Shown in pieces: positions 38,988-52,249 of a stretch of 64,000 nt of DNA. Location: positions 387,500,001 to 387,564,000 of the forward strand of contig OZ024740.1 of the NCBI GenBank assembly GCA_964016885.1, written 5' to 3'. The notes below the pieces were generated by a model, which was not told where the DNA came from, did not search any database, and was given only the letters and a program-made list of their open reading frames with translations. Both the position numbers and the translations under genes were made by a program. The first letter of the stretch is position 1; every line of letters starts with the position of its first letter. Source of the stretch: Eledone cirrhosa (lineage: Eukaryota).

Positions 38988-40290
38988 TCATCATCATCAT
39001 CATCATTTTACGTGTGGAACTGGGAGGTTTTTACCGTGTTACCTACACGGCGACATTACAGTATGGACTGTGTGTTTTTTTTGTCGTGACACCTACACGA
39101 CCTCATTTGTTTCGGGCTGGATGTTGTGGTACCAACATAACTTTACATTGAAAGGGGTGGTGTGGATGGGGTGGGGGTAGTGGGACGGGGTGTATTTTGT
39201 TAGAGGTGCTTACTGACTGTAGTAGGTTTCACTTTGCACTTAGGTAAGGCGGATCTTCTCTATTACTGTGTAGCGCCAAAGATCTCGGTCCAGTGGCATT
39301 GTCTTGGAGAGGTGTAAGTGTGTGAGGTCTAAAATTTATCAAGTCGTCCCAGGTTTTACTGGGTCTGCCTACTCCGTGGCTACCGTCTATTTTTATTGCC
39401 CTGCACTTTTTTATACAGCTGTTGTCTTTCATGCGCATCACGTGACCATACCAACGTAGTCTTCTCTCGAGTAAACAACATCTGATCCCTCTTATTTCTA
39501 ATTTCTCCCTTAGTTCGTTTATGCTTTGCCGTTCACGTATATTACTATTACACATCCAGCTGAGCATGCAAGCTTCGTTTCTCTCCAGTCTGTGTATATC
39601 CTCTGCACACAATGCCCAGGTCTCACTGCCATGTAACATTGCTGTTCGTATGCAGGCATCATACAGCCTGCCTTTCATTTTTAGAGAGAACCCTTTAGCG
39701 GCCAATAGTGGTATAAGCTCTCTGAACTTTTTCCATCCCGTTCTGACTCTAGCTACTGTACTTTCAGAGCACCCTCCCCCACTGCTGATTTTGTCACCCA
39801 GGTAACGGAAGGTGTCCACTATTTCTATAGAACCAGCTGTGCAATGGAATGAGTTAGTATTCTGTGGGCACTTGCTGCTACTTATTGCAGCAGAGCACCG
39901 GCCACATATAAAATCTATATTCTTAGTTAGCTTACCTGTGATCCCACTACATCTTTTATGTACCCATACTTTGCATTTGGGACATAAAATGGAGTTTCTA
40001 CCTACTCCTTTCCTACACACTGAGCATGGCCATTTCCCAGATGGGACCGGTGCCCTATTTTCCTTCCTACAAACTAGAACTTTAGTCTTAGACAAGTTAA
40101 CTCTAAGGCCTTTTGATTCTAGGCCATGCTTCCATGTTTGGAATTTGTTCTCTAGTTCAGCCATTGATTCAGCTATGAGCGTTAGATCATCTGCATATAG
40201 GAGTTCCCATGGGCAGCCGGTCTTGAACTCCTCTGTTATAGCCTGAAGGGCAATAATAAATAGTAGGGGGCTAAGGACAGAGCCCTGATA
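38985..40290 (-). mobile_element. 5'-truncated RTE LINE (8318 subfamily)
   Basis: ORF 39229-40164, a 3' UTR with an internal deletion, a (GAT)n tail and (TA)n on both sides. Confidence 0.92.
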
Positions 40291-40292
40291 AA

Positions 40293-40336
<44 letters not shown>

Positions 40337-40341
<5 letters not shown>

Positions 40342-41175
40342 AGGAAGGATGTGTAGTTGCTAGTTAAGGTAGGCTTAAAATCAAGAAGAAAGCAAGAACG
40401 TGGAGTTTTTCTCATCAGTTGTCTACTGGGAGTCTCGGATATTTCAACGCTTTAAAGACAATATATCTACCCCCAACGTGTTCAATAACTGGGTAAGTTA
40501 TTGGGAAAACGTAAGAGAGAGGAAAGGAAAATAGAAAGGAAAAGGGGAAAAAGGGAAGAAAAAAGAAAAACACAAAAAAACCCCAACAAACTGAAGAATG
40601 TGCGAGCAACTTCAAGAAAGAAAATCCAAGTCCACATCGGAGCTGAACGTAACTTCTAAAGCGTGTGGACGATGAAAAAACCCATCTGATCCCAGCGAGT
40701 GTACATGAGAAAAAAACTGCTAGAGGGTCAGGTGAGGGAAACAATGAGGTGGCTAACAGTCAGTGTGAGTGAAAGTGAGAGGGAGAAAGGGAGAGGAAAA
40801 AAGAGGGGAAAAAGTAGATAGCAACAAAATAGGTAGGTAGAAGGAGAGAGAAGACGGGTCACAGCGAAACATGATAAAATAAACGGAGAATAGGAAGGAT
40901 GTGTAGTTGCTAGTTAAGTTAGGCTTAAAATCAAGAAGAAAGCAAGAACGTGGGGGGGGGGGAGTTTTCCTCATCAGTTGTCTACTGGGGGTCTCGGATA
41001 TTTCAACGCTTTAAAGACAATGTATCTACCCCCAGCACGTTCAATAATTGGTAAGTTATTGGGAAAACGGAGGAGTAGGGAAGGAAAATAGAAAGGAAAA
41101 GGGAAAATATGGAAGAAAAGTGAAAAATAGCGAACAAACAACAAATCGGAGAATGCGCGAGCAACTTCAAGAAAG
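40337..41175. repeat. Direct repeat of about 285 bp (40337-40620 and 40887-41175) between (TA)n tracts; probable Penelope pseudo-LTR tandem
   Basis: agaataggaaggatgtgtagttgc...gcgagcaacttcaagaaagaa occurs twice. The Penelope origin is inferred. Confidence 0.6.
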
Positions 41176-41251
41176 AATCCCAATAACTTATATATATATA
41201 TATATATATAAATACATATATATATGTATATATAAAATATATATATATGTA

Positions 41252-41889
41252 TTTGTTTTTTTTCCCATCTTCGGTTTGCTTTTCCTTCTATGTTGTTTAC
41301 TTGTCTCACTCGCTTTATGCGACTCACTTGTCCCAATAGCTTATTGCTCGCACCAACCTATTCTTCTCCCCATGTTTTTCATATATATTTACCTAAACTG
41401 CGATTATCTGTTTCTCTCTTTCTCTCTTACTGCTCCCCCGTTATCTCTGTTTCTCTTACCTTCTTTCGTCCCCTCTGTCAGTTAACACTTTCTCTCGACT
41501 AACCTCTTCCTTGCACATCCACTCACTCACTCTCTGTTTCTCCCCTTCTCACTTCCTCCCGTTCGCTAGGAGTGGGATTCTTTCTTTCTCACATCCCATT
41601 CACAGCGAAAGGTCTGTATTCTGAACGCTCATGAAATTCATCCAGCTTATGCTGATCGGATAACCATGTTGCTTGTTTTTTTTCCCATCTTCGGTTTACT
41701 TTTCCTTCTATGTTGTTTACTTGTCTCACTCGCTTTACGCGACTCACTTGTCCCAATAGCTTATTTTAGTTATTGCTCACACCAACCTGAGGTATAAAAT
41801 ACCAATGATGGTTGGCAAATCACTGATGAGGGACTAATTTTATAATATGTAATCCATGTGTAACCATGCAGTATTCTTCTCCCCATGTT

Positions 41890-41893
<4 letters not shown>
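41252..41893. repeat. Partial direct repeat (41252-41382 and 41673-41893) flanking a CT-rich spacer
   Basis: ttcccatcttcggttt...tcccaatagcttatt...attcttctccccatgtttttcat occurs twice; the first copy has two deletions. Confidence 0.65.
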
Positions 41894-41944
<51 letters not shown>

Positions 41945-42147
41945 CATATATATATGTATATATATAAAATATATATATATATATATATGTATGTATATAT
42001 ATATATGTACGTCAATACTCATCTTTTACCATTTATCTGAGGGTTCTAAACCCCATTATCAAGCTAAAATTCCTTTAGTTAAAAATACGGTGAAAGCTAT
42101 ATATTTTCTAATTTCAAACTCGCTCACTGTTTCAAAACATACTTACT

Positions 42148-42224
<77 letters not shown>

Positions 42225-42237
42225 ATATATATATATA

Positions 42238-42532
42238 GACAATATGCCCCCCCCCCCCCCCCCCCACCGCAAGGTGGTCGTGAAGGTGCCACGGCAAAAA
42301 AGCACCCAGCCCACACTGTAAAGTGGACGTGTAGGCACCACGAAAAAGCACCCACCACTCACTGTAAATGAGGTTGGTGTTAGGAAGGGCATCCAGCTGT
42401 AGAAATCAAGCCAAATCAGTTCCTGTATGAGCAAGGCATGGTCAGCCGACCAGACACTGCCCACAACAGGACAACCCGTCTAACCCATGCTAGCGTGGAA
42501 GAACGGACGTAAAACGATGATGATGATGATGA
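42238..42532 (+). mobile_element. RTE 3' UTR fragment (same subfamily as the 61093 element)
   Basis: Matches 63013-63320 and ends in (GAT)n, then (TA)n. Confidence 0.85.
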
Positions 42533-42539
42533 TATATAT

Positions 42540-42669
42540 ATATTTATTAAAATAACAGATTAAAGTTTAAGCAAAGAATCGCTGCTTTCACCCTTAACGG
42601 GATCTTCTGAAACTCAGAAGAAAGCAGCGATTCTTTGCTTAAACTTTAATCTGTTATTTTAATAAATAT
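42540..42669. repeat. Perfect inverted repeat with 50-bp arms and a 30-nt structured loop, adjacent to (TA)n
   Basis: Arms at 42540-42589 and 42620-42669. Confidence 0.9.
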
Positions 42670-43074
42670 TTGCTCTACGGTTCTTATATATTTGATATAT
42701 ATTTATCCTTATCGAGCCCTCTTTGGATTTTAGTCTTCAAATTTATTATTATTACTATATATATATATATATACACAAAGTGTTAAAACGATCAAATTTT
42801 AGTTTAGAACATTTATTTGCTGACAATTGTTTCTACCAGAGGGAGGTCTAGAATCATCGGAGCATAGGGAATGTCAAAACATGTGACTAAAATGCCAGTC
42901 ATTCAGAACATTTAGGGTACATAATTGTTTTTAGTGTCAAAGACATCATGCGGAGAGTCAGGAGTTAAGAAGATGTTATGCTTGAGAGAACTCAATTACA
43001 GGCAGCACTGGTTGAAAGGGTAAGAGATATAATCAAAAAGTATAGGCATATATATACATAAATAAAATTAGAAT

Positions 43075-43310
43075 TTGGTTTCTCGTTTTCACATAGCTGG
43101 TTACATAATGTATTTATGAGTTTTATATTGAATAATAATAATAATAATATTCGATTTGTTTACAAACAAACAGCCTCATTATGCTATGTTTCTATGATGA
43201 CCGCTGTCATCCGTTTGTTCTAGTGGTGGCATAGAGAAACAGTCAACATGTTTCAGGGTTATTGTTCTTTGTCAAGACTGTTTATCTCTTTCTGCCACTC
43301 ACTTGAACTG
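43075..43310 (-). mobile_element. Penelope pseudo-LTR-like repeat with a degenerate hammerhead (43237-43283); truncated copy at 33180-33349
   Basis: Minus strand reads AAACAGTC-TTGACAA-AG...CT-GAA-ACATGT-T-GACTGTTT. Confidence 0.55.
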
Positions 43311-43606
43311 TTGAAAATATATAATCTATATATAATATAAAAGGAAGATACTTATTGGTTGGTTGAATGACACGAAAACTACATACATACACACACATCT
43401 AAAGAGAGAGACACAGAGGGAGAGGCAGAAAGAGAGAGATAGCTCGTTATAAAGAGAGATACAATTAAAGTGTTAGATGTTCAGAGAGAGAGAGTGATGT
43501 CCCACAAACGTATCAGTTGAAGGTTTAACAGTCTTTGATTCTACAGAACAAAGAAAAATTGATACTATTTGAAATTAATCTACCCTCCAGCTTTTATCCA
43601 TATACT

Positions 43607-44157
43607 TACGGAGTAGGTAGACCCCAAAAAACCTGGGACGATTTGATAAATTCCGACCTTACACACTTGCACCTCTCTAAGACAATGTCACTGGACCGAG
43701 ATCTTTGGAGCTACGCAGTAATACAGAAGACCGGCCTTGCCTATGTACAAAGTGAAACCTACAGTCAGTAGGCACCTCTTAACCAAATATACACCCCAAT
43801 CCAATACCCCTACTCTATCAACCCACTCACACCAACACCACCCTCTTTCTGTAAAGTTGGTACCACAACATCCAGTCCAAATAAATGAGATAATGAGATT
43901 GAGATTGTGTAGGTGTCATGACAAAAAAACACCCAGTCCACGCTATAATGTGGCCATGTAGGTGACACAGTAAAAAGTTCCCAGTTCCACATTGTAAATG
44001 TGGTTGGTGTTAGGAAGGGCATCCAGCCGTAGAAAACCTGCCAGATAGTCCTATATGAGCGAGACAGTCACTCGACCAACCTTGCCTCAAGTGGGACATC
44101 TAACCCATGCTAGCGTGGAAGATGGACGTTAAACGATGATGATGATGATAATGATGA
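43607..44157 (+). mobile_element. RTE LINE 3' fragment
   Basis: GVGRPQKTWDDLINSDL + 3' UTR + (GAT)n. Confidence 0.88.
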
Positions 44158-44486
44158 CTACTTACAGTCCGCACTAATGAAGCAACACTTCAGAGGCAAT
44201 GTTATGCAGTATATCGCTGTGTTTCAGATGACGTCTTTTGGAGCTGAAAAAGATCATACTGACTATGGTTATTTCACAATATTTAAAATCCAAGGCCAAT
44301 GCTGCCATTTAATCGGCAGTTTACTCCTCGAGCCTAATAAGGAAGTTTTATGATTGTTTTTTTTTATGTCTCTCACACACACACACACACACACACACAG
44401 ATTACGGTCTCACCTCATACTGTAAAGCAGACAACACATCCAATACAGTTGTTTTCTCTTTTATCCGTCTTCTCTTAACTGTTCTT

Positions 44487-44514
44487 CTGGGCGAAGCTGG
44501 GTACTTCAGCTAGT
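44487..44514 (+). mobile_element. Helitron-like 3' terminus
   Basis: GC-rich hairpin-like CTGGGCGAAGCTGGG followed by ...CTAG|T. Confidence 0.4.
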
Positions 44515-45959
44515 ATTTTCTAAAGTATACATCAGCTGACTAGTCTTATTTGTATACTGTGACAGTAGGTAGTTAAAGGGTTAAATTGCTATAGAGAGGA
44601 ACAGAGCAATGTAAAAAGTAAAAATATTTAAAAAAACCGAATAAATAAATAACCAGAATAGAAGAATAAGAGTTATACATAGATATAAAAAATTATAAAG
44701 GTTGTAAGAATAATGAGTATTATAAGATTTAAAAATTTTCAAAACTATAAAGTTTACAAAAATTTATAAGCACTGTGTGCAAAATCTATGTTAGATAAAT
44801 TATAACAAGGGCAGTTATTTTTAATGTTAATGTCCAGGATGCACGAAAGCACATTATTGGAAGATAAAGGGGGTTGTCAAAGCTTATTTGTGCATATATA
44901 TATGTGTGTTTGCATTGAGGACTAAATTTGGTGTGGTTGATTTTCAACCGCCTCGGCAGTTCAGCATATCACTGCAAAGTCAAAAGAAAATAGGTTACTA
45001 GGGACCGAGTATATTCAAAAAGTGAAGGGAGGGGAAAATTGATTGATTAATTAATCAATTCCAAGCATTTGAGGTATATAACCAAAGTTAGTCTGAACAA
45101 CAAATTACTCACAGGACCACATGTTGCCAGTCAATGGATTAATGCACATCCCAAATGCTCACATACTGACGAAAATGATATGATGATAGATAGCATATTA
45201 TATATTCTAGGTTGCCTCCATGGCGCTATAAATTATGAGAGAGAGGTTATATATAGTCATACTTAGGTAGAAAATATAAGTGTATAGTTGAAGTTAAATT
45301 AAATTAGATTAAATTAAATTAAATCCACAGTGATTAGTGAATATAGGGGTTGCTGAATATTATATTATAAATGGAAAGTATTATGTTGTGTAGTACAATA
45401 TAATATATACAATCAAATACCATGAGGTGAGACATAGAAAAGTAAAGAAAGTAATAATGAAGTAATAATAAAGAAATAATAAAGTAATAGCAAAGTAGTA
45501 AAATAATATAATAAAGTATATAATAACAAAAAATATATAGAGATAAAGAATATAGAAAAAATATGTCTGTCGACGGGAACACGTAATAGAGTAAATAAAG
45601 TAATATAAAAAATAGAATATAAATATAAAATAAAAAAATAAGGTGTTGGTGTAGTTAAGACTCTAGACTAAAAGTTCAATACTAAAATTTAAAGTGAAAA
45701 GGTGAAATAGGATCACATGATCTAGTGATCTAGAGAGTCTGTTGGATCACACTCTGGTCCATGTGGGAGTAGGTAGCCATGTATGATTGGATCCATATTA
45801 TGAGGAAGACTCAGTTTTGGCGGTTCCTCAGTGGTAGATCCTCTTATAGTTGGGTTGTGGCCTATGTTCTTCATTACATCACAAAGCATTCGACTGTAAT
45901 AGAAGCAGTATTTTATTTATGTTAGCCATCTGCTATTTCATGATTTTTAAATACCCCAA

Positions 45960-46423
45960 TGTCTCCATTTAAAAAAACTTTGTCGTCAATACAGAATTAT
46001 GGCTTTATGGCTTCTTCTCAGAACAGTCAATCACCTGTGTCTTATGTGCAACCAACATTTATGCAATGAAGCCATGGCGCCTTCATGCTTAAAGCATCAT
46101 TTATATTCCAAGCATTTGAAAAGCGAAAAACATTGATCTCGGAATTTCAGAAAGGAACTACAGAACAAGATAACGAGATGATTGCATTGTACAACATTGC
46201 TTTACTGGTTGTAAGGGGTCACACTGTAGGAGAAACATTACTTCAACCTGTTAGTGAAGAAGTTCTTTCAACTGTAACACATAAAAAACTTGACAGAATT
46301 ATCAAGACAATTCCATTTAGTAATAACACAATTTATCGATGTATAGTTGAATTGGACACCAACGTCAAACATCAACTCGTCCATAATCTCTGGAGTCCTG
46401 AATTTTCCATACAAGTTGACTGA
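45960..46423 (+). mobile_element. hAT (Buster/Charlie, ZBED5-like) transposase fragment
   Basis: HTVGETLLQP...IKTIPFSNNTIYRCI...EFSIQVD. Confidence 0.8.
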
Positions 46424-46943
46424 ATTTTTATTAGTTACTAGCAGAGTATAATCTTATTAGCTTTATAATTATGAACAAAAATTGTTTAATTCTTTTGTCA
46501 TCACTTGCAATGCTAACCCTAACCATAAAACTAAATCATATCCTATATAATTAGATTTAATAAAATACAGTTTTAAAAGGTCAAGTTTGCTTTCATTTGT
46601 TCATCAATACAGTATTAGCAGCAGCAGCATGTCAGTGCTATTTGTTACCTCTTTTTTTACTACACCATAGAAAGTTAGTTTATGAACCTGTAACAAACGT
46701 TTACCAAACATTTTTGGTATGCTTTTGAATATTTACTATATAGGTGAGTGGTGAAAAATTTTTCCATGTGAAACTGGGCAATGAAGCAAAAAGGGCTACG
46801 GTTGTAATCATATATATTTCTGTTTGGTTAAGATGCCTCTATATTTTGATTGAAAATGAAATCCTTATTTTTATTCCATGAGGACCATGAAAAGGAAATT
46901 AACACATAGTTGTAGGTATTTAACTCTGATCAATCAGACCTAT

Positions 46944-47265
46944 AGGCAGCGAGTTGGCAGAGTCGTTAGAATGTTGGATAGAATGCTTTATGGTATTTGT
47001 TCCGGCTTTCTACTCTCTGAGTTCAAAGCCCAACGAGGTTGATAAAAAAAAGTACCAGTCTAGTACTGGGGCGGATTCTTCCTCTATATCTCTTTCTCAT
47101 TTCCTCTCTCTCACTTTCTATCTTTCTCTGCAAGAAATCTGCTGTACTCAGGCCTGGAGAGGGATGGGCTCCGCCAGACTTAAAATGCCCCAGAAACGCT
47201 GTATGTCAATATGACACCCCTACGACTTTATCAGGAGTTATGGGGCTTGAGAGAGAGAGAGAGAG
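46944..47265 (+). mobile_element. Composite SINE (tRNA head + Meta-like remnant + CT tract + distinct ~115-bp 3' module + (GA)n tail)
   Basis: 12-bp TSD AATCAGACCTAT at 46932-46943 and 47266-47277. Confidence 0.85.
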
Positions 47266-48207
47266 AATCAGACCTATGGTCAAAAACGTTCCAGCTGTGA
47301 CAATTTTATATTTCTTCTGGAATAATATATCTAGGACAGCATTACATTGTCCAATGTGTCTCTTTATGGCAAGGTGAAATTTGGTTATAATTTCTAGCAG
47401 CTGCACATCCATGTATAAGCTTTCTCCTGGAATTTAACAGGAGCAAATCTAGGAATTCAATATTTGATAATACAGCAATGCTGACAATAAATAATAAATG
47501 GTTTTCATTAGAAATCAATAATAATAATAGACCATGTGTGTATATTTATATATACCACTATCTATATGGCTTGAACATTTTTCATATACACTATGCATTT
47601 AGTATCTCAGTCATGTTGCTTCAATTAAAAAGTTTGTTTACCAATCACAAGGTCATGGGTTCTATGCTTACATTTGTCCCTGTAAACAGTTATTTCTCCA
47701 AAGTTAGTTACTTATACATGAACATTTATGCAATTATATCCTAGAAATATATTATTACCATAACATTTTTATCTTTAATCACTTCCACATAAACTACAGG
47801 GTTTCTCTTATATACAAATGATTATTTTATCAAAAGGTAAATTTCCTAATTTGTTTTGTTGTTCACATGTTGAATAATCATATATGACATACACATCCTA
47901 GACTCCAAAAATTCAATATGTTGAATGCTACTGCCATTATTATTAATGACACTGTAGGGCAGTATTGGTAGAGTGTTGGACATCATGCTTCACAGCATAG
48001 TTATGTCCCTTTACATTCTAAATTCAAATCCCGCTGAGGTTAGCTTTGCCCTTCATCCCCAGAGAGGCCAATAAAATTAAGCACCAGTAATGCATTGGGG
48101 TCGATTTAATCCTAAATTGTTGCCCTTGTGCCTAAATCAGAAGCTATTATTATTGGCACTGTTCAACTAGTATGTAAATAATATATGTCTATCTACTTTT
48201 TTTACAG

Positions 48208-48439
48208 ACAACTGCTTCTTACTATATGTGCTGGTATACTATGTTACGTAGAGAACTGCTTGTAAAATTGGATATGAAAAACATTCATAACTTTCAGTGT
48301 TTACAGTTTAACAATCTTCAAAGGGCAGATACTATATCTGAATCATTTGTGAAGATCCCAAAACAGATGCTCATTTATGATGTTCGGTTGAAGAATCACA
48401 GACGACCTTTCCTTTGTGCAGAACTTAGTTTTTGCCCAG
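48208..48439 (+). CDS. Coding exon 3 (TTASYYMCWYTM...FLCAELSFCP)
   Basis: Acceptor tttttacag|, phase 0 to 1, donor CAG|GTAAGT. Confidence 0.85.
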
Positions 48440-50029
48440 GTAAGTGATATTTAGATGGAAATGAGATGCTTAGCTTATTTAATCAATTTCACCTTACATC
48501 ACTAAGCCTTTCTTGGAAAAATGGTAACTGAGAATGTAGAAAGTGAACTTTTTGTAACATTTTGGATACTTTTAAGAAAATAACATATAGTATTCTGCAT
48601 AAATTTACCCTTAGGAAGCCTTGAAATACTTTTTTAAACTTCCAGATACCTAGTTCTATCTCGTAAAAGATCTGTAGAAGCATGACATGACATCAAGACT
48701 CAATTAATGTATTTTAAGAACAATGAAACTCTTCCTCCTTGATTTTGGCATCAGAAAGGATTGGGAAGTTTGTATTGAGAACAGGAGATACTGGTGAATT
48801 CTTGATGAAGTACTTAACTTAATATGTAATGGAGGAATAATAATGACACTTTTCCTTGGTGCCAATGGCAGTGGCATGCAGAAATTTGGTGATTCCTGGG
48901 GCCAATTCAAGTATAGGGCCTAGTCATGAGAAATGTGAGCAAGGAAGACATTCTAAATATGTAAAAACAGATGAACATGAAATAAACAGTTTATTTCAAT
49001 TAATTTAAAATCAGCCACATTTATTAAGTCTGGTTTCCAAAATGAGACCTGTCAGAAAACATTTCAAATACTTCAATTTATTTTACATTAGCTGTGAGGA
49101 ATTTTTTTTCAATACTGAATAAAGCCAGATCGGTCAGTTACTCTGTCATTGGTATCATAATGAAATAACCAAGATATGCTGGTATGGCAACATATCTCAT
49201 CATCCCCTGAGAAGAAAGTAGATAGATATTCTGATGTTTCATGATAATGACTTACCTAAAACCATGTGGCTATTAAGCTCCACTAATTTAGGTATATTTC
49301 CCAGAAATTTGAAGTTTTCCTCAGTCAAGTTTAAATCCCATGCCAGATCATTCAAGTCCTATTGAGGATTCCAAATAATGCCTCCTCTCAGATTCAGGAT
49401 TTGGTTCAAACTCCCTATGCAATATATCGCTGAAGTTATTACATAAAGAATATGTAGATCGTTTGGATTCCAGTAGATCAACAAAATAGTTGTGTGTATG
49501 TGTCCTATCTTGACCATTTAGAAATAATAATCCATATTATGATTTATCTGTTCCCTCTAAAGCATCAGCACAGAAAATCCCCATAGGCACTTTTCTGGTT
49601 GAAAACCACTTAAGATTGTCAGTGCAATCCAAACAACAGACATGTGATGCTCATATTTTGTCCTGATCATCAAAGACTTCTGAAATAAACATGTATGGAT
49701 GGATGTGCTATGCTGTAGGGGGATGCCATAGGGACATATAGCATGTCTTGGGCACTTTAAACTTGCAGAGCCCATCCCTCTCCAGGTTTGATCACAGCCG
49801 ATTTCTTCAAGAGAAAGAGAGATAGAGAGAGAGAGAGAGGGAAAATTCAATCCCAGTACTGGACTGATACTTTTTTTATTGACCTGGAACAGAAGAAAAG
49901 CAAAGTTGACCTTGATAGGATTTGAACTAGGAGAGCACAGAGAGCTAAAATGAATAGTGCAAAGCATTCCATGACATTCTAATAATTGCCAATTTGCTAC
50001 TTTCTGAAATCATCAGCATCATCGTTTTT

Positions 50030-50900
50030 ACATTCTTTCATGCTTTAATGGGTTGGATGTGTCCTTCTCAACACAGCATCTCTCCACTCACTTGATTGAG
50101 TATTGAGATCAGCTCTCAATACTTCTGGGCAGGTCATTCTCTCCACTCACTTGATTGAGTATTGAGATCAGCTCTCAATACTTCTGGGCAGGTCATACTG
50201 TGGCTTCCTTCCATTGGGATTTCCTGGCACTTCTTCACCCAGTGATCATCATCCATGCACATCACATGTCCATACCAACACAGTCTTCTCTCCTGCACAC
50301 TACCTTGGATTCCTCTTAAACCCAGCTTCTCTCTCAGTTCACCGAAGCTCTGCCCTTCTCTCACATTTACAAAGCCTGATAAACTCCTTGTATCTTGAAT
50401 TCCTTGCTAAACTCACTTTCTACTCTCACATTACTGACAACTCCTCTGTACATTGCTTGCACTGCTCTCTCAAACCATTATTCTGCACCTAATTTTCTTA
50501 AGGACTACATGATAATAGAATGAGATACTCTGTCAAAGGTCTTTTCTAGATCAATAAAAGCTAAATATAATGGTTTATTATTGGCTAGGAAATTCTCTTG
50601 TAGTTACCTCACTAAGAAGAGGGCATTTGTAGTACTTTTTCCAAGCATGAAACAAAACTGCATATCATCTAATTTGACCTAATTAGTTGTGCTATAACTC
50701 TTTCCGTCACTTTCATAACTTGATCCATTAGTTTTATTCCTCTGTAGTTGCTCCTTTATAGAGCATCCCATTTACCCTTGTAGCAAATTATGATTGTACT
50801 GCTGCGCCAGTCACTGGGTATGACTTCATCCTGTATTACCTGATTGTTTATGCGGGTTACTAGTTCAACTCCTATTTCTCTCGATGTTTTTAGCATAAAA
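50030..50900 (-). mobile_element. Old RTE LINE fragments with internal deletions and a ~59-bp tandem duplication
   Basis: ELREKLGLRGIQGSVQERRLCWYGHV, plus RT-like sequence at 50530-50900. Confidence 0.75.
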
Positions 50901-51873
50901 TATTTTAATGTAATGTTTCTAAGTAAGCCAATATGTAATGTTTCTTTGGTACTTTAATAAAGTCAATTCCCTACAAACATAATATTATGGAACTTGACTA
51001 TATAACTCTTGCATCTGCAATATCTAATACTCTATCAAATATGTACAGAGGTCAGACAAATACGTAAAATACAAATTCTGTTATTTGCAAATAAAACATA
51101 AGAAACATCCTTAAATCAGTTTTGGAAACCAATGGAGAATATATTTAAATTTCTTCTTTAGTATAATTATAGATCGTCAAGAAGGATAAGGATAAAGATC
51201 CCATAACTCCTTGTGGAGTCGTAGAGGCACTGTAATATGGCGTGTCTAGGGCACTTTTAAACCTGGCGGAGCCCAACCCTCTCCAGGTCTGAACACAGCT
51301 GATTTTTTTCTATAGAGTAAGAATCAACCCCAGTACTGGACTGGTACTTATTTTTATTGATCTCAAAAGGATGAAAGGCAAAGTTGACCACAGTGAGATT
51401 TGAACTCAGAGTGTGAATGAGGTGGGACAAATATCATTAAAAGTCACATTATTTTATATATGATTTGTAATTTAGGTACACGACCTGCAATTTAAGGGGA
51501 GAGGAAATGAATTTATATCTACCCCAGTACTTTATTGCAACTTTATTTTATCAACCTTGAAAGGATCAAAGGCAAAGTTGACCTTTGTAGCATTTGAACT
51601 CAGAACATAAAGATCTGGAAGAAACAGTGCAAAGCATTTTGTCCAATGCACTAATGACTGTCACTCTATCCTTATAAAGGTTTCTAAATGGAAATACTTT
51701 TGAAAAACGTTTTCATAAAATTTATAGGTTGCGGCAAGAAATAGGGATTGGATTCATAATCAACAGATTTTAGTTAATAAGGGTTACTTCATAACTATCT
51801 TGAATTTCATTTATGTTATTGTTGTTGGACAGGAACTCATGTACATATTCATATAAATTTGATTTTTATTCAG

Positions 51874-52089
51874 ATCCTTGCTATGGACGAGAAACTCATG
51901 GAAACATTTTAAATCTTGATCGTGATAACAGCAATCCGTGTTTCATCTATCCAGATGCAAGATGTATTGTAGAACACACCAAAAATAGAGATCTCAAACA
52001 TATGATAGAAAATGGTCTAAATTATAGCTGCAATTGCAAACAGATCAATGAAGGTTTTATATGGAATAAAGAATTGAAACTTTGTGTTG
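51874..52089 (+). CDS. Coding exon 4 (DPCYGRE...NYSCNCKQINEGFIWNKELKLCV)
   Basis: Acceptor ttttattcag|, phase 1 to 1, donor TTG|GTACGT. Cys-rich and EGF-like. Confidence 0.85.
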
Positions 52090-52249
52090 GTACGTTTAAA
52101 CACGAAAATTAAAGATACACATGTATTCAAAGTATACCAGCCAAGCTGATGAGAGAGCTCCTACAAAGTTGCTCTAATTATTAGAACAACAACAACGTTT
52201 CACTTGAATCAAATAGTATATATCTCTCCCATCGTTGACCTAATGAGTA

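Noticed and set aside
40405-40460. CTGATGAG on the minus strand (also near 40975) as a hammerhead
   Set aside because: I could not place GAAA and stems II/III in a valid order.
41789-41871. Segment missing from the repeat copy at 41252 that looks like a spliced GT...AG intron
   Set aside because: The deletion boundaries are about 4 nt off the GT/AG, so it is more likely a plain deletion. Its CTGATGAG has no downstream GAAA.
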